In this document: positions 48,542 through 60,998 of the stretch, piece by piece
Position numbering within the stretch: position 1 is the stretch's first letter
Layout of the letters: each line of letters begins with the position of its first letter
Assembly (NCBI GenBank): GCA_963703345.1
Contig: OY969814.1
Coordinates: 224,001 to 288,000, forward strand
DNA length: 64,000 nucleotides
Reading direction: 5' to 3'
Source: an uncultured Chloroflexia bacterium
GTDB taxonomy: Bacteria > Chloroflexota > Dehalococcoidia > DSTF01 > JALHUB01
Translations under genes and position numbers: made by a program
The notes under the pieces: model-generated
What the model was told of the DNA's origin: nothing
The model's input: only the letters and a program-made list of their open reading frames with translations
The model's database searches: none

Positions 48542-49155
48542 ACGCCAACGAACCGGTCGGCGCGGCGAAGCCCATCTTGCTGGTAATCTCCGGGCCTTCC
48601 GGCGTCGGTAAGGACGCGGTGATGGCGCGCCTGCGAGAGGCGTTGCCTGAAGTGCAATATGTGAGGACGGTGACGACGCGTCGGCCGCGGCCGGGCGAGC
48701 GCGACGGCGTCGACTACCGCTTCCTGACGGATGATGAATACGACCGCCTTATCGCGGAGGACGGCTTCCTAGAGCGAGCCTCGGTCTACAGCCATCGCTA
48801 CGGCGTCCCCAGGGGCGAAGTGACACACGCGCTGACGCGCGGCCAGGACGTCGTCGTTCGCGTGGACGTACAGGGCGCGGCGACGATAAGGCGCCTGATG
48901 CCGGAAGCCGTGCTCGTCTTCCTGGCGCCGGAGTCGGATGAGGAGCTGGAGCGGCGGCTGCGCGAGCGGGCGACGGATGACGGTGCCGACCTCCGCCTGC
49001 GTCGCGACACGGCCGCGCGGGAGATGGCGCAGCGGGATGCGTTCGACTACGTGGTCGTGAACGCGGAGGGCCGGCTGGACAAGGCCGTGGCCCGGATCGT
49101 CGCCATCGTCGAGGCCGAAAAGCAGGCCGCCGACAAGTCGCGCGCCTCTCTTTGA
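48538..49155 (+). CDS. gmk: guanylate kinase
   Basis: GPSGVGK, TTRRPRPGE.DGVDY.F, DVQGA. Confidence 0.95.
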   Translation: MNANEPVGAAKPILLVISGPSGVGKDAVMARLREALPEVQYVRTVTTRRPRPGERDGVDYRFLTDDEYDRLIAEDGFLERASVYSHRYGVPRGEVTHALTRGQDVVVRVDVQGAATIRRLMPEAVLVFLAPESDEELERRLRERATDDGADLRLRRDTAAREMAQRDAFDYVVVNAEGRLDKAVARIVAIVEAEKQAADKSRASL

Positions 49156-49259
49156 TCTCCTCGTTCCCCCGCCTCTTCCCCTTATCGCCGCCTTCGAGGA
49201 AACTACGGCCAGAGAGACGGATTTCCTGCTCTGCAATTCGCTTGTTTTAAAAAGATGCT

Positions 49260-49277
49260 TGGTGCTATGGTTCACAA
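49260..49277. promoter_or_regulatory. candidate Rex operator overlapping the atp operon -10
   Basis: TGGTGCTATGGTTCACAA vs consensus TTGTGAAnnnnTTCACAA (11/14). Confidence 0.45.
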
Positions 49278-49310
49278 GCCGGAGCCAGCCCGAGCGCCGG
49301 AGCGAGTCTG

Positions 49311-49535
49311 ATGGGCGGTCTGCCGCCGGCGCTGAGGCTATTGGGCATTGGCTGGTACGTAGCCTTCTGTATAGCCGCGGGCGTCGGGGGGGGCGTCTGG
49401 CTTGATTCGAAGCTGGACATATCTCCGGCCTTTACTCTGGCGGGGTTGTTCCTTGGGTTGTTTCTGGCCTTCTGGGGCGGCTACCGCATGTTGATGGACG
49501 TAGTATCAGCGATCGGTCCGAAGAAGAGGGGCTGA
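49311..49535 (+). CDS. AtpZ/AtpI family protein
   Basis: Two TM helices with G.WLD....P motif; first gene of atp operon. Confidence 0.85.
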   Translation: MGGLPPALRLLGIGWYVAFCIAAGVGGGVWLDSKLDISPAFTLAGLFLGLFLAFWGGYRMLMDVVSAIGPKKRG

Positions 49536-49536
49536 G

Positions 49537-50622
49537 GTGGGCAAGCTCAAGTGGGCTCTGATCATCGCCGGAATCTTGGTGCTCACGCTGGTGGGCTTCA
49601 CGTCTCTGCGTTCGGCGCGCCCAATCGTCGAGCTGAAAGCGGAGAAGCTTCTCGACATCGGGCCTTTTTCACTGACCAACACGATCCTGACCTCCTGGAT
49701 CGTAATCATTGTCTTGTCGCTTCTCTTCTTCTTCGCCACCCGGCGGATGTCTCTGATTCCGCGTGGCCTCCAGAACTTCGTCGAGATGGTGATCGAAGGC
49801 TTCTACAACCTGGTTGCGCAGACAGTCGGCGAGAAGCACGGCCGCCGGTTCTTCCCGGTTGTTGCGACCATCTTTCTCTATGTTGTCGCTTCCAACTGGC
49901 TCGGACTTCTGCCCACGGTGGCGACCGTCGGCAAGGTGGAGCCGATGGAGACCAAGTCGGGCGAGGTACAGGAAAAGGGCGTTGTCTTCCAGCAGGTGGC
50001 CGGCGTCAATATGATCATGCCGGGCTTCCCGTCCTGGCCGCCACACGAGCCGGACAGCATCACGCTCGAGCTGCCTGCTAACGCCACAGAAGGACAGAAG
50101 GTGGTTGCGCTTGAGGAGGCAACGAAAGACCTGAAGTCGGACCAGAAGGCGGGCGTTCTCGTACCGTTCTTCCGCAGCGTCAACACCGATATCAATGGCC
50201 CCCTGACGCTCGCGATCGTGTCGGCGATCTTCGTCGAGTTCTGGGGTATCTCCACGCTGGGGTTCTTCCGCTACGGGAGCAAGTTCTTCAACGTGAAGCG
50301 GCTGCTCAAGGGTGACATCTTCTACGGCCTAGTCAACTTCATAGTGGGTATTCTTGAGTTTATCGCCGAGGCCGCTCGGCTGGTGAGTTTCACCTTCCGA
50401 CTCTTCGGGAATATCTTCGCCGGGGAGATCCTATTTCTAGTAATAATCTTCATGCTGCCGGTGCTGGCTTTGGACGTGGTGTACGGCCTGGAGCTGTTCG
50501 TTGGCCTGATCCAGGGCTTCATCTTCGCGATGCTGACGCTGGTGTTCGGCATAGTGGCTGTGACCTCACACGAAGAAGGAGAAACCGAGGCCTCAGGACC
50601 GGGCCCGACGGTGCCGCCTTAG
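49537..50622 (+). CDS. atpB: ATP synthase subunit a
   Basis: PRGLQN, NWLGLLP, SFTFRLFGNIFAGE, ELFVGLIQ. Confidence 0.96.
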   Translation: MGKLKWALIIAGILVLTLVGFTSLRSARPIVELKAEKLLDIGPFSLTNTILTSWIVIIVLSLLFFFATRRMSLIPRGLQNFVEMVIEGFYNLVAQTVGEKHGRRFFPVVATIFLYVVASNWLGLLPTVATVGKVEPMETKSGEVQEKGVVFQQVAGVNMIMPGFPSWPPHEPDSITLELPANATEGQKVVALEEATKDLKSDQKAGVLVPFFRSVNTDINGPLTLAIVSAIFVEFWGISTLGFFRYGSKFFNVKRLLKGDIFYGLVNFIVGILEFIAEAARLVSFTFRLFGNIFAGEILFLVIIFMLPVLALDVVYGLELFVGLIQGFIFAMLTLVFGIVAVTSHEEGETEASGPGPTVPP

Positions 50623-50677
50623 TCGAACTGTTGGCCGACCCGGTTGAAACCCGTAAGACTAATTGAGGGAGGAAAGG

Positions 50678-50941
50678 ATGGACCTGATCAACATGTTTCC
50701 GCTGCTAGCGATAACCGATGTTGCCATGAGATTCATTGGGGCCGCCTTCGCAATTGCCATCGGCGGCATAGCCCCGGCACTTGCCATCGGCATGCTAACC
50801 GGCAAGGCCATGGAGGCCCTGGGCCGCAACCCGGAGGCGCAGCCGGTCATCACCACGAACATGATCCTGGGCATTGCCTTCGCCGAAGCTATCGCTATCT
50901 ACGCGCTCGTGGTAGCGGTCATGATCGGCTTCGTGTTCTAG
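50678..50941 (+). CDS. atpE: ATP synthase subunit c
   Basis: GRNPEA, FAEAIAIY. Confidence 0.96.
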   Translation: MDLINMFPLLAITDVAMRFIGAAFAIAIGGIAPALAIGMLTGKAMEALGRNPEAQPVITTNMILGIAFAEAIAIYALVVAVMIGFVF

Positions 50942-50974
50942 GGATTCAAAACTGCCCGGAAGAGGGGACGTATC

Positions 50975-51511
50975 GTGGATGCTCAGGGAATCACTATCCT
51001 AGGAATCGGTGCCCTAGGAATCAACTTGCCGGGACTGCTGGCGCAAATCATTGGCTTCGCCATTCTGCTCGGAATTATGCGGGCGGTAGCGTACAAACCG
51101 ATCCTGGGGATGATGGATCAACGCTCGCAGCGGATACGGGAGGGGCTTGAAGCGGCGGAGAAGATGAGGGAACAGGCGGCGCAAGCCGACGTCACTGTTC
51201 AGGCGCGCTTGGAAGAGGCGCGTCAGGAAGGCCAGGGGCTCATCGGCTCGGCGCAGCAGATCGCCAATCGCATCCAGGAAGAGGCGCGACAGGCCGCTCA
51301 GACAGAGGCGGAATCGCTTCTGGCCAGGGCCCGCAACGAGATCGCCCTGGAGCGCGACGAAGCCATCGCGCAGATACGCCGCGAGTTCGGCGACCTGACG
51401 ATCACGGCCGCCGAGAAGGTCATTGGGCAGTCCCTGGACAGGAAAGCCCACGAGCGCCTGATAGAGGAAGTGCTGGCGCAGTCGAGCTTCCAGCAGAGCG
51501 CGCAGCAATAG
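50975..51511 (+). CDS. atpF: ATP synthase subunit b
   Basis: TM then YKPI..MMDQR and coiled coil, AAEKVI. Confidence 0.95.
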   Translation: MDAQGITILGIGALGINLPGLLAQIIGFAILLGIMRAVAYKPILGMMDQRSQRIREGLEAAEKMREQAAQADVTVQARLEEARQEGQGLIGSAQQIANRIQEEARQAAQTEAESLLARARNEIALERDEAIAQIRREFGDLTITAAEKVIGQSLDRKAHERLIEEVLAQSSFQQSAQQ

Positions 51512-51572
51512 CGCCTGAACCCGTCGAGACGGAAGTCGGCGGGCCGGCGTTGGCACGGCGCGGAGGCAGAGC

Positions 51573-52151
51573 ATGATAGTCGAGGCAGCAGCGAAGCGTT
51601 ACGCGCGGGCCGCCTTCGCGGTGGCCCTGGAGCAGGGCGACCCGAGGCGCTGGCTGGGCGACTTGGGCGAGCTGAGCGAGCTCATCGCGCGAGCGGACGT
51701 CTCGGCGGTGCTTCAAAGCGACCGCGTGCCGGACGCGGAGAAAGACCGTCTCCTGAAGGCGGCCCTCCCCGATGTCGCGCCCGGCGTGCTGAACCTGGCG
51801 CGACTGCTGGTAGAGAAGCGCCGGATCCGCCTCGTCGAACAGATACGGGCGGAGTTCTCGGACCTCCTCGACGAGCATGAGGGCCGGGCGCGGGCGCTCG
51901 TCACCACGGCGGTGCCTCTGAGCGACCAGCAGAAAGCCGAGGTGGCGGAGAAGCTGGGCGTCATCACCGGCAAGAAGGTGAGCCTGGAGCAAGCCGTGAA
52001 CCCCGACATCCTGGGCGGACTCATCGCGCGCGTCGGCGACACGTTGATCGACGGCAGCACACGTAGCAGGCTCCTCGCTTTGAAGAAGAGTCTTCAGGGA
52101 AACGGCGGCTGGGTCCCGACCCTCGGAGAAAGCGCCGCCGAGAGCGGCTGA
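51573..52151 (+). CDS. atpH: ATP synthase subunit delta
   Basis: AKRYARA, NPDILGG, IDGS. Confidence 0.95.
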   Translation: MIVEAAAKRYARAAFAVALEQGDPRRWLGDLGELSELIARADVSAVLQSDRVPDAEKDRLLKAALPDVAPGVLNLARLLVEKRRIRLVEQIRAEFSDLLDEHEGRARALVTTAVPLSDQQKAEVAEKLGVITGKKVSLEQAVNPDILGGLIARVGDTLIDGSTRSRLLALKKSLQGNGGWVPTLGESAAESG

Positions 52152-52187
52152 GTTGCATAGGAAGACAGTTGCAGCGGAGAGAGTGAT

Positions 52188-53699
52188 ATGGCAGTACGGC
52201 CCGAAGAGATAGCATCCATCCTGAAGCAGCAGATCGAGAACTTCGGCGCTGCGGTCACCGCCGTTGACGTTGGAGTTGTGATCGAGGCCGGCGACGGCAT
52301 TGCCCGCGTCCACGGTCTATCCAACTGCCTGGCGGGCGAGCTCGTCGAGTTCGAGAACGGCGCCATGGGCCTGGCCCTCAACCTGGAAGAGGACACTATC
52401 GGCATCATGGTGCTGGGCGACTACACGACTCTCGGCGAGGGCGCGGAAGTGCGCTCCACCGGTCGCATCGTGCAGGTACCGGTCGGGGAGGCGCTGATCG
52501 GACGCGTCGTCGACCCACTTGGCAATCCTATCGACGGCAAAGGACCTATCTCCACGGATAAGATGCGCCCGGTAGAGCGCATCGCTCCCGGCGTCGTCGC
52601 GCGCCAATCGGTCAACACGCCCGTCGTCACCGGCATCAAAGTCATCGACGCCATCACGCCGATCGGCCGCGGGCAGCGCGAGCTCATCATCGGCGACCGC
52701 ACGACGGGCAAGAGCGCGCTGGCCATCGACACGATCATCAACCAGAAGGGCGGCGACTTAACGTGCATCTACGTCGCCATCGGGCAGAAAGAGTCGAAGG
52801 TGGCGCAGATAGTGGCGCTGCTCGAGCAGCACGGCGCCATGGAGCACACAATCGTCGTCGTCGCCGGCGCCGCCGACCCGGCGCCGCTGCAATACCTGGC
52901 GCCTTACTCCGGCTGCGCCATGGGCGAGGATTTCATGGAGGCCGGGAAAGACGCCCTAATCATCTATGACGACCTTTCGAAGCACGGTTGGGCCTACCGG
53001 CAGGTGTCGCTGCTGCTGCGGCGACCGCCGGGACGCGAGGCTTATCCGGGCGACGTCTTCTATCTGCACAGTCGTCTGCTGGAGCGCGCGGCGAAGCTAT
53101 CGGCGGAGCTCGGCGGCGGCTCGCTGACGGCGCTGCCGATCATCGAGACGCAGGCGGGCGACGTATCCGCTTACATTCCGACAAACGTCATCTCCATCAC
53201 GGACGGCCAGATCTACCTGGAGACCGACCTCTTCAACGCCGGCATCCGACCGGCTATAAACGCCGGCCTTTCCGTGTCGCGCGTCGGCGGCGCCGCGCAG
53301 AGGCGGGCGATGCGCCAGGTGGCGGGCCGTCTGCGGCTCGACATGGCGCAGTACACCAACGTGCAGGCGTTCGCGCAGTTCGGCACGTCGGAGCTGGACG
53401 TGGCGACGCGGAACCAGCTCGAGCGCGGGCAGCGCGTGACGGAGGTGCTGAAGCAGCCCCAGTACGAGCCGATGAACCTGCACGAGGAGGTGGAGATCCT
53501 ATACGCCGCAATCAACGGCTTCCTGGACGACGTGCCGGTAAACAAGATCCGCGACTTCGAGACGGCGTTCCACAAGTTCATGGCGAGCAGCCATCCGGAC
53601 CTGGGACAGCAGATCGAAGATAAGAAGGAGATCACGCCGGAGATCGAGGAGGGGCTGAAGTCGGCGATCGGCGAGTTCAAGCAGACGATGCCTTACTAG
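52188..53699 (+). CDS. atpA: ATP synthase subunit alpha
   Basis: [37 protein letters not shown]. Confidence 0.98.
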   Translation: MAVRPEEIASILKQQIENFGAAVTAVDVGVVIEAGDGIARVHGLSNCLAGELVEFENGAMGLALNLEEDTIGIMVLGDYTTLGEGAEVRSTGRIVQVPVGEALIGRVVDPLGNPIDGKGPISTDKMRPVERIAPGVVARQSVNTPVVTGIKVIDAITPIGRGQRELIIGDRTTGKSALAIDTIINQKGGDLTCIYVAIGQKESKVAQIVALLEQHGAMEHTIVVVAGAADPAPLQYLAPYSGCAMGEDFMEAGKDALIIYDDLSKHGWAYRQVSLLLRRPPGREAYPGDVFYLHSRLLERAAKLSAELGGGSLTALPIIETQAGDVSAYIPTNVISITDGQIYLETDLFNAGIRPAINAGLSVSRVGGAAQRRAMRQVAGRLRLDMAQYTNVQAFAQFGTSELDVATRNQLERGQRVTEVLKQPQYEPMNLHEEVEILYAAINGFLDDVPVNKIRDFETAFHKFMASSHPDLGQQIEDKKEITPEIEEGLKSAIGEFKQTMPY

Positions 53700-53738
53700 G
53701 CGTCCGTTATCCGTCGACAGACAGACTGACGAGAAAAC

Positions 53739-56029
<2,291 letters not shown>

Positions 56030-56069
56030 CGGCGCGGCCCGCCTGAGGCGGGCGAGAGGAAGCTGATCG

Positions 56070-56513
56070 ATGGCAAAGCTGAGCGTTGACGTTATCACGG
56101 CCGAGCGAGTCGTGTTCTCCGACACGGACATCGATGCCGTTGTGGCGCCGGGCGCCGTCGGCGAACTGACGGTGCTGCCGTCGCACGCGTCATTCATAAC
56201 GTCGCTCGTGCCGGGCGAGCTGCGGCTGCAGAAGGCCGGCAGCGACGAAACGTACATGATGGTCACCGGGGGTTTCCTGGAAGTGCGCGACGACAAGGTC
56301 GTCATCCTCGCGGAGTCGGCGGAGCGCGCCGAGGAGATCGACATCGCCCTGGCGCAGGAAGCGCGGGCACGAGCCGAGAGGCAACTGGCCAGTCGCGAGG
56401 CCGCCGTCGATATGAGCCGCGTGCAGGCCGAGCTCAGGCGCTCTCTCATCGCCATCAAGGTCGCGGAGCGAAGGCGCCGTCGCCGCCCCGGTGACCAGGG
56501 CCCCCTCCAGTAG
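56070..56513 (+). CDS. atpC: ATP synthase subunit epsilon
   Basis: GELTVLPSH, GGFLEV, helical C-terminus. Confidence 0.96.
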   Translation: MAKLSVDVITAERVVFSDTDIDAVVAPGAVGELTVLPSHASFITSLVPGELRLQKAGSDETYMMVTGGFLEVRDDKVVILAESAERAEEIDIALAQEARARAERQLASREAAVDMSRVQAELRRSLIAIKVAERRRRRRPGDQGPLQ

Positions 56514-56657
56514 TCCGCGACGATACGTCATTTGACCCCACAGTCCCGCGTCGGCCAGACCCCTGTGCCCTGTTCGACGACGAGCCGGCGCGGCTTGAAG
56601 TCGGCCGGTAGTGATGGTAGTGTTAGGCCCGAAGCAACTTACGCGATTGGCGAGATT

Positions 56658-57947
56658 GTGGCAGGAGACCGTTTTCTCGTAGAGGGCGGCCATCGCCTGG
56701 AGGGCACCGTGCGCGTGAGCGGCAACAAGAACGCCGCAATCCACGCTATGGCGGCCACTCTCCTCACATCCGACGACTGCTACCTGGAGAACGTTCCGGC
56801 TATCCAGGACGTTCGCTTCATGGTGGAGATTCTTCGCGCGTTGGGCGCTACCGTCGAATACACGTCGCCTTCGTCGCTGCGGGTGAAGGCGGACGGCGTC
56901 GACAAGCTGGAGGCGCCGAGCGAGCTGGCGACGCATCTGAGGGGCAGCTTCCTGGTCATGGGGCCGCTGCTCGCGCGTTTCGGCGAGGCAACATGCTGCC
57001 CCCCCGGCGGCGACATCATCGGACTGCGGCCGGTCAATGTGCACCTGGACGGCTTCCGTCGCCTGAACGCTAGCGTCGGCCGCGACGGCGATAAGTTCAC
57101 GGCCCGCACGGAGCGGCTGCGCGGCAGCAGGATTTTCCTCGACTATCCCAGCGTCCTCGGCACACAAAACCTGCTGCTGGCGGCGACGCTGGCGGAGGGG
57201 CGGACGACGCTGGTAAACGCGGCTGCCGAGCCGGAGATTGAGAGCCTGGTCGAGATGCTGACGCGGATGGGAGCGCGCATCTCCGGCGCGGGCCGTCACA
57301 CGATCGAGATAGAAGGCGTCGGCGAGCTGCACGGCGCCCGTCACACGATCATTCCCGACCGCATCGAGTCGGGCACGTTCGCGATAGCGGCGGCGGCGAC
57401 GCAGGGCGACGTCGAGATCCTGGAGGGCGTGCCGCGGCAGCTCGACGCGCTGATCTGGAAGCTCGAAGAAGCGGGCGTCGAGGTCAGGGAGACTGACGCA
57501 GGGCTGCGCGTGACGAGCAGCGGGCCCTTGCAGGCGATAAACGCGCAGGCGGTGCCCTATCCGGGGCTCGCGACCGACCTCCAGGCCCCACTTGCGGCGC
57601 TGTTGACGCAGGCGCGCGGCGTAAGCTCGATCTACGAGCGCGTCTTCGAGAATCGCATGCTCTACGTGGGTGAGCTGCGAAAGATGGGCGCGGAAGTGAT
57701 CACGTCGGGGACAACGGTTATCATAAACGGGCCGACGCCGCTCTTCGCGGCCAACGTGCGGGCCGTGGACCTGAGGGCCGGCGCGGCGCTGGTGCTCGCG
57801 GCGCTGACAGCGGACGGCGAATCGGAGATAAACGATATATTCCATCTCGACCGCGGCTACGAACGGTTCGACGAGAAGCTGAGGTCGCTGGGAGGCCGCG
57901 TTCGGCGCGTACAGGCGCGGGCGCGGACAGAAGCTGGGGGAGGCTGA
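56658..57947 (+). CDS. murA: UDP-N-acetylglucosamine 1-carboxyvinyltransferase (Cys-to-Asp type)
   Basis: [57 protein letters not shown]. Confidence 0.95.
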   Translation: MAGDRFLVEGGHRLEGTVRVSGNKNAAIHAMAATLLTSDDCYLENVPAIQDVRFMVEILRALGATVEYTSPSSLRVKADGVDKLEAPSELATHLRGSFLVMGPLLARFGEATCCPPGGDIIGLRPVNVHLDGFRRLNASVGRDGDKFTARTERLRGSRIFLDYPSVLGTQNLLLAATLAEGRTTLVNAAAEPEIESLVEMLTRMGARISGAGRHTIEIEGVGELHGARHTIIPDRIESGTFAIAAAATQGDVEILEGVPRQLDALIWKLEEAGVEVRETDAGLRVTSSGPLQAINAQAVPYPGLATDLQAPLAALLTQARGVSSIYERVFENRMLYVGELRKMGAEVITSGTTVIINGPTPLFAANVRAVDLRAGAALVLAALTADGESEINDIFHLDRGYERFDEKLRSLGGRVRRVQARARTEAGGG

Positions 57948-58978
57948 TGTTCACAAAGCGACTGGGAATTGACCTGGGCACGGCGAACGTGCTGGTCTAC
58001 GCGCGGGGAAAGGGCATCGTCATCAACGAGCCGTCGGTGGTGGCGCTGGCAAGTCGCGATAACACCGTTGTCGCCGTCGGTAACGACGCGAGGATGATGA
58101 TCGGGCGAACGCCGGGCAGCATCTCCGTGATCCGGCCGATGCGCGACGGCGTTATCGCCGACTACTTGATCACGGAGGCGATGCTGCGCTACTTCATCAG
58201 CCGCGCCCTGGGGCGTCTGAACCTGATCAAGCCGGAGGTGATGGTCTGCATTCCCGCCGGCGTGACGAGCGTGGAGCAGAGGGCCGTCCGTGATGCGGCG
58301 GAGCAGGCGGGCGCCCGCCGCCCGGCGCACCTGGTGCCGGAGCCGCTGGCCGCGGCGATCGGCGCGGGGATACCGGTGGCCTCGGCGAGCGGCAACATGA
58401 TCGTCGATATCGGCGGCGGACGAGCGGAGGCGGCGATCATCTCGATGTATGGCATCGTCGTCAGCGAGTCGATCCGGATAGCGGGCGACCGGCTGGACGA
58501 CGCCATCGCGGCGTACGTGAAGCGACGGCACAACCTCGTCATCGGCGACCGTACGGCGGAGGAGGCGAAGATCGCCATCGGCAGCGCCTTGCCACTGGAA
58601 GAGAACCTGACCATGGAGATCCGCGGTCGAGACCAGATCACCGGCCTTCCCAAAACGATCGTCATCACTTCGCATGAGATCACGCAGGCGATCCAGGACT
58701 GCCTGGCGAGCATTGTGCAGGCGGTGCGCTCTGTCCTGGAGCGCACGGCGCCGGAGCTGGCGTCGGACGTGATCGACCGAGGGATCGTGCTGACGGGCGG
58801 CGGCGCGCTCCTGCGCAACATCGACATGCTGCTGACGCAGGAGACCGGCGTGCCCTGCCACGTTGCTGAGAACCCGATGAACTGCACGGCGATCGGCGCC
58901 GGGGCAGCGCTGGAGCACCTGGACGTTATCAAGCGCAGCCTGCCGACGGAAGAGGAATCGCTGGTCGCGAGCCTCTAG
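57947..58978 (+). CDS. mreB: rod shape-determining protein MreB
   Basis: [38 protein letters not shown]. Confidence 0.95.
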   Translation: MFTKRLGIDLGTANVLVYARGKGIVINEPSVVALASRDNTVVAVGNDARMMIGRTPGSISVIRPMRDGVIADYLITEAMLRYFISRALGRLNLIKPEVMVCIPAGVTSVEQRAVRDAAEQAGARRPAHLVPEPLAAAIGAGIPVASASGNMIVDIGGGRAEAAIISMYGIVVSESIRIAGDRLDDAIAAYVKRRHNLVIGDRTAEEAKIAIGSALPLEENLTMEIRGRDQITGLPKTIVITSHEITQAIQDCLASIVQAVRSVLERTAPELASDVIDRGIVLTGGGALLRNIDMLLTQETGVPCHVAENPMNCTAIGAGAALEHLDVIKRSLPTEEESLVASL

Positions 58979-59017
58979 GCGCGCGATTCGTCTTCGAGGC
59001 GTCGTCGGGAGCCGAGG

Positions 59018-59653
59018 CTAGGCGGTGGCGCCCTTCAGGTAGTAGGTCATGCTCTGAAGGGCGAGCACCGGCTCAATGTCCTTCAACTGCGTGCCTTCCG
59101 GCACCCGCAGGGCAACCGGCGCGTAGTTGAGAATCCCCTTGACTCCGGCGGCTACCAGCGTGTCGGCGACCTCCTGGGCGGCTGACGCGCTGACGGCGAC
59201 GATGCCGATCTCGGCGGGACTGCTTTTGAGGAACTGCGGTAGGTTTTTCACGCTGTAGACTTTGACGCCGCCGATTGACTTACCCAACGCGTCGCTGTGG
59301 GCGTCGAAGGCAGCGACGATCTTGAAGCCTTCCGGCGCAAACCCCCTGTAGCTGAGGATGGCGCGGCCGAGGTTGCCGACACCGACCAGCACCATCGACC
59401 ACTCCTGGTCGAGGCCGAGGATGCGCCGCAGCTCGCCGGCCAGACGCTGCACGTTGTAGCCGCGGCCCTGCTTGCCGAAGCGCCCGAAGTAGCTGAGGTC
59501 TTTGCGGATCTGGGCCGGCGTCACACCCAGCTCGTCGCCGAGCTCCTGGGAGCTGACCACCTGACGGCCGTGGTTCTCCAGTACCGCGAGGGTGCGCGCG
59601 TAGACGGGCAACCGGTCCACCACAACCTCCGGCACGCCGATCAGCGTGGTCAT
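59018..59653 (-). CDS. rex: redox-sensing transcriptional repressor Rex
   Basis: RLPVY, IRKDLSYFG.FGKQGRGY, VGVGNLGRA, GILNYAP. Confidence 0.96.
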   Translation of the reverse strand: MTTLIGVPEVVVDRLPVYARTLAVLENHGRQVVSSQELGDELGVTPAQIRKDLSYFGRFGKQGRGYNVQRLAGELRRILGLDQEWSMVLVGVGNLGRAILSYRGFAPEGFKIVAAFDAHSDALGKSIGGVKVYSVKNLPQFLKSSPAEIGIVAVSASAAQEVADTLVAAGVKGILNYAPVALRVPEGTQLKDIEPVLALQSMTYYLKGATA

Positions 59654-59798
59654 TGTTCTCCTCCGGAGGAGAGCGTCTGTCGAGAGCAAGCTTCGTTCGT
59701 CACGCGGTGCGCCCTCGCCGTTTGTGAACCGATTGCGCATTTCGGCACAATGTTATCATCGCCGTTCAAATGGAGTCAACGAAACCGCCGGCTGGGGG

Positions 59799-60044
59799 CT
59801 AGGAGAAGAAGCGGATGAAGGCGGGACCGACGAGGGCGACGAGGAGAAGGATAATGACTACCAGGATGAGCGCGCGGGAGACATATTTGGTCTGCCGCTC
59901 GGGCTCGACGCCGTAGTAGCCGGCCTCCGAGAGGTCGAAGTCCGGATGCGTCGGGTCGTTGGGGTCCAGCTCCCAGCCTTCGCCCTCGGGCTCGCCCTCG
60001 TCATCGGGCTCGTATTCATCTTCGTCTTCGTCGGTCGTGACCAT
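59799..60044 (-). CDS. small acidic protein with C-terminal TM helix
   Basis: D/E-rich N-terminus and ALILVVIILLLVALVG; follows zincin gene. Confidence 0.6.
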   Translation of the reverse strand: MVTTDEDEDEYEPDDEGEPEGEGWELDPNDPTHPDFDLSEAGYYGVEPERQTKYVSRALILVVIILLLVALVGPAFIRFFS

Positions 60045-60051
60045 CGCCGTC

Positions 60052-60420
60052 CTAGTAGGCGCCCATTCGCCGCAGCGCCTCGTCGTCGATGCCGAAGTGA
60101 TGGGCGATCTCATGGCGGAGGACGTGGCCCACCTTCTCCACAACTTCTTCGCTGCTGCGGCAAGCGAACTCGATGGGGCGCTGGTAGATGATAATGCGGT
60201 CCGGCGGAACGAAGTTGTACCATAGGCCGCGTCGGCTCTGCGGCACGCCGCGATAGAGTCCGAGCAGCGTCTGGCCGCGGCGGGCGCCGGAGACGCGAAG
60301 GTCATCGGCGCTGGGGAGATCTTCGACTTCGACGTCTATGTTCGACAGACGCTCGCGGAACTCGTCGGGGAGAGCGAGGAGGGCGCGCTCGACGAGCTCT
60401 TCGAATTGTTCTCTTTCCAT
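60052..60420 (-). CDS. minimal zincin metallopeptidase-family protein
   Basis: LLGLYRGVP, PDRIIIY, HEIAHHFG. Confidence 0.9.
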   Translation of the reverse strand: MEREQFEELVERALLALPDEFRERLSNIDVEVEDLPSADDLRVSGARRGQTLLGLYRGVPQSRRGLWYNFVPPDRIIIYQRPIEFACRSSEEVVEKVGHVLRHEIAHHFGIDDEALRRMGAY

Positions 60421-60539
60421 GACGTTGCCTCGTTATTTGCAGTGAGATCATACCACAGGCGGCAACGGATTGCGGGGCCCGGCGGGCCTTTGCTAGGATG
60501 CGGCTGGAAGGGGGACTTCCCTTGCGATACGGGGAGGAA

Positions 60540-60998
60540 GTGCCGCTGCCGGCCTTTTTCCGGCTCATCCTTCTGGCCGGCCTGGCTGGGGTAGCGTATG
60601 CCATCGTTGCGCCGGCGTTTAGCGGTCTCGGTGGCGCCGGGACTTATGCCGTCTACTATGCGACGATGACGGTCGCACTGGCGCTCATGGTCTTTGCGGT
60701 GGTCACGTTCCGGCGCCTGACGATTGCGGTCAGCGAGGAGGACGTGCGTTTCGGCTTCGGTGTGCTGCGGAAATCGATCCCGCTGGCGCGAATACGGGCC
60801 TGGGAGCCCAAGCGCTACAACTGGCTCCTATACGGCGGCTGGGGGCTTCGATTGGGCTTCGGTGGCAGGCGCGCCTACAGCATCCCCGGCGTGCGGGAGG
60901 GCGTAGAGCTTACCGTCGAGGAGGGCAAGCGGGTACGGCGATACTTCGTCTCTTCCCGTTGCCCCGAGCGTCTTGTCGAAGCCGTAAAAGGTCGCTAA
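60540..60998 (+). CDS. membrane protein with two TMs and a PH-like soluble part
   Basis: GGAGG RBS, two TM helices, YGGWGLR motif. Confidence 0.7.
   Translation: MPLPAFFRLILLAGLAGVAYAIVAPAFSGLGGAGTYAVYYATMTVALALMVFAVVTFRRLTIAVSEEDVRFGFGVLRKSIPLARIRAWEPKRYNWLLYGGWGLRLGFGGRRAYSIPGVREGVELTVEEGKRVRRYFVSSRCPERLVEAVKGR

Noticed and set aside
50678-50941. Na+-coupled ATP synthase
   Set aside because: c subunit has FAEAIAIY and lacks the Q/E...ES/T sodium signature; H+ type.
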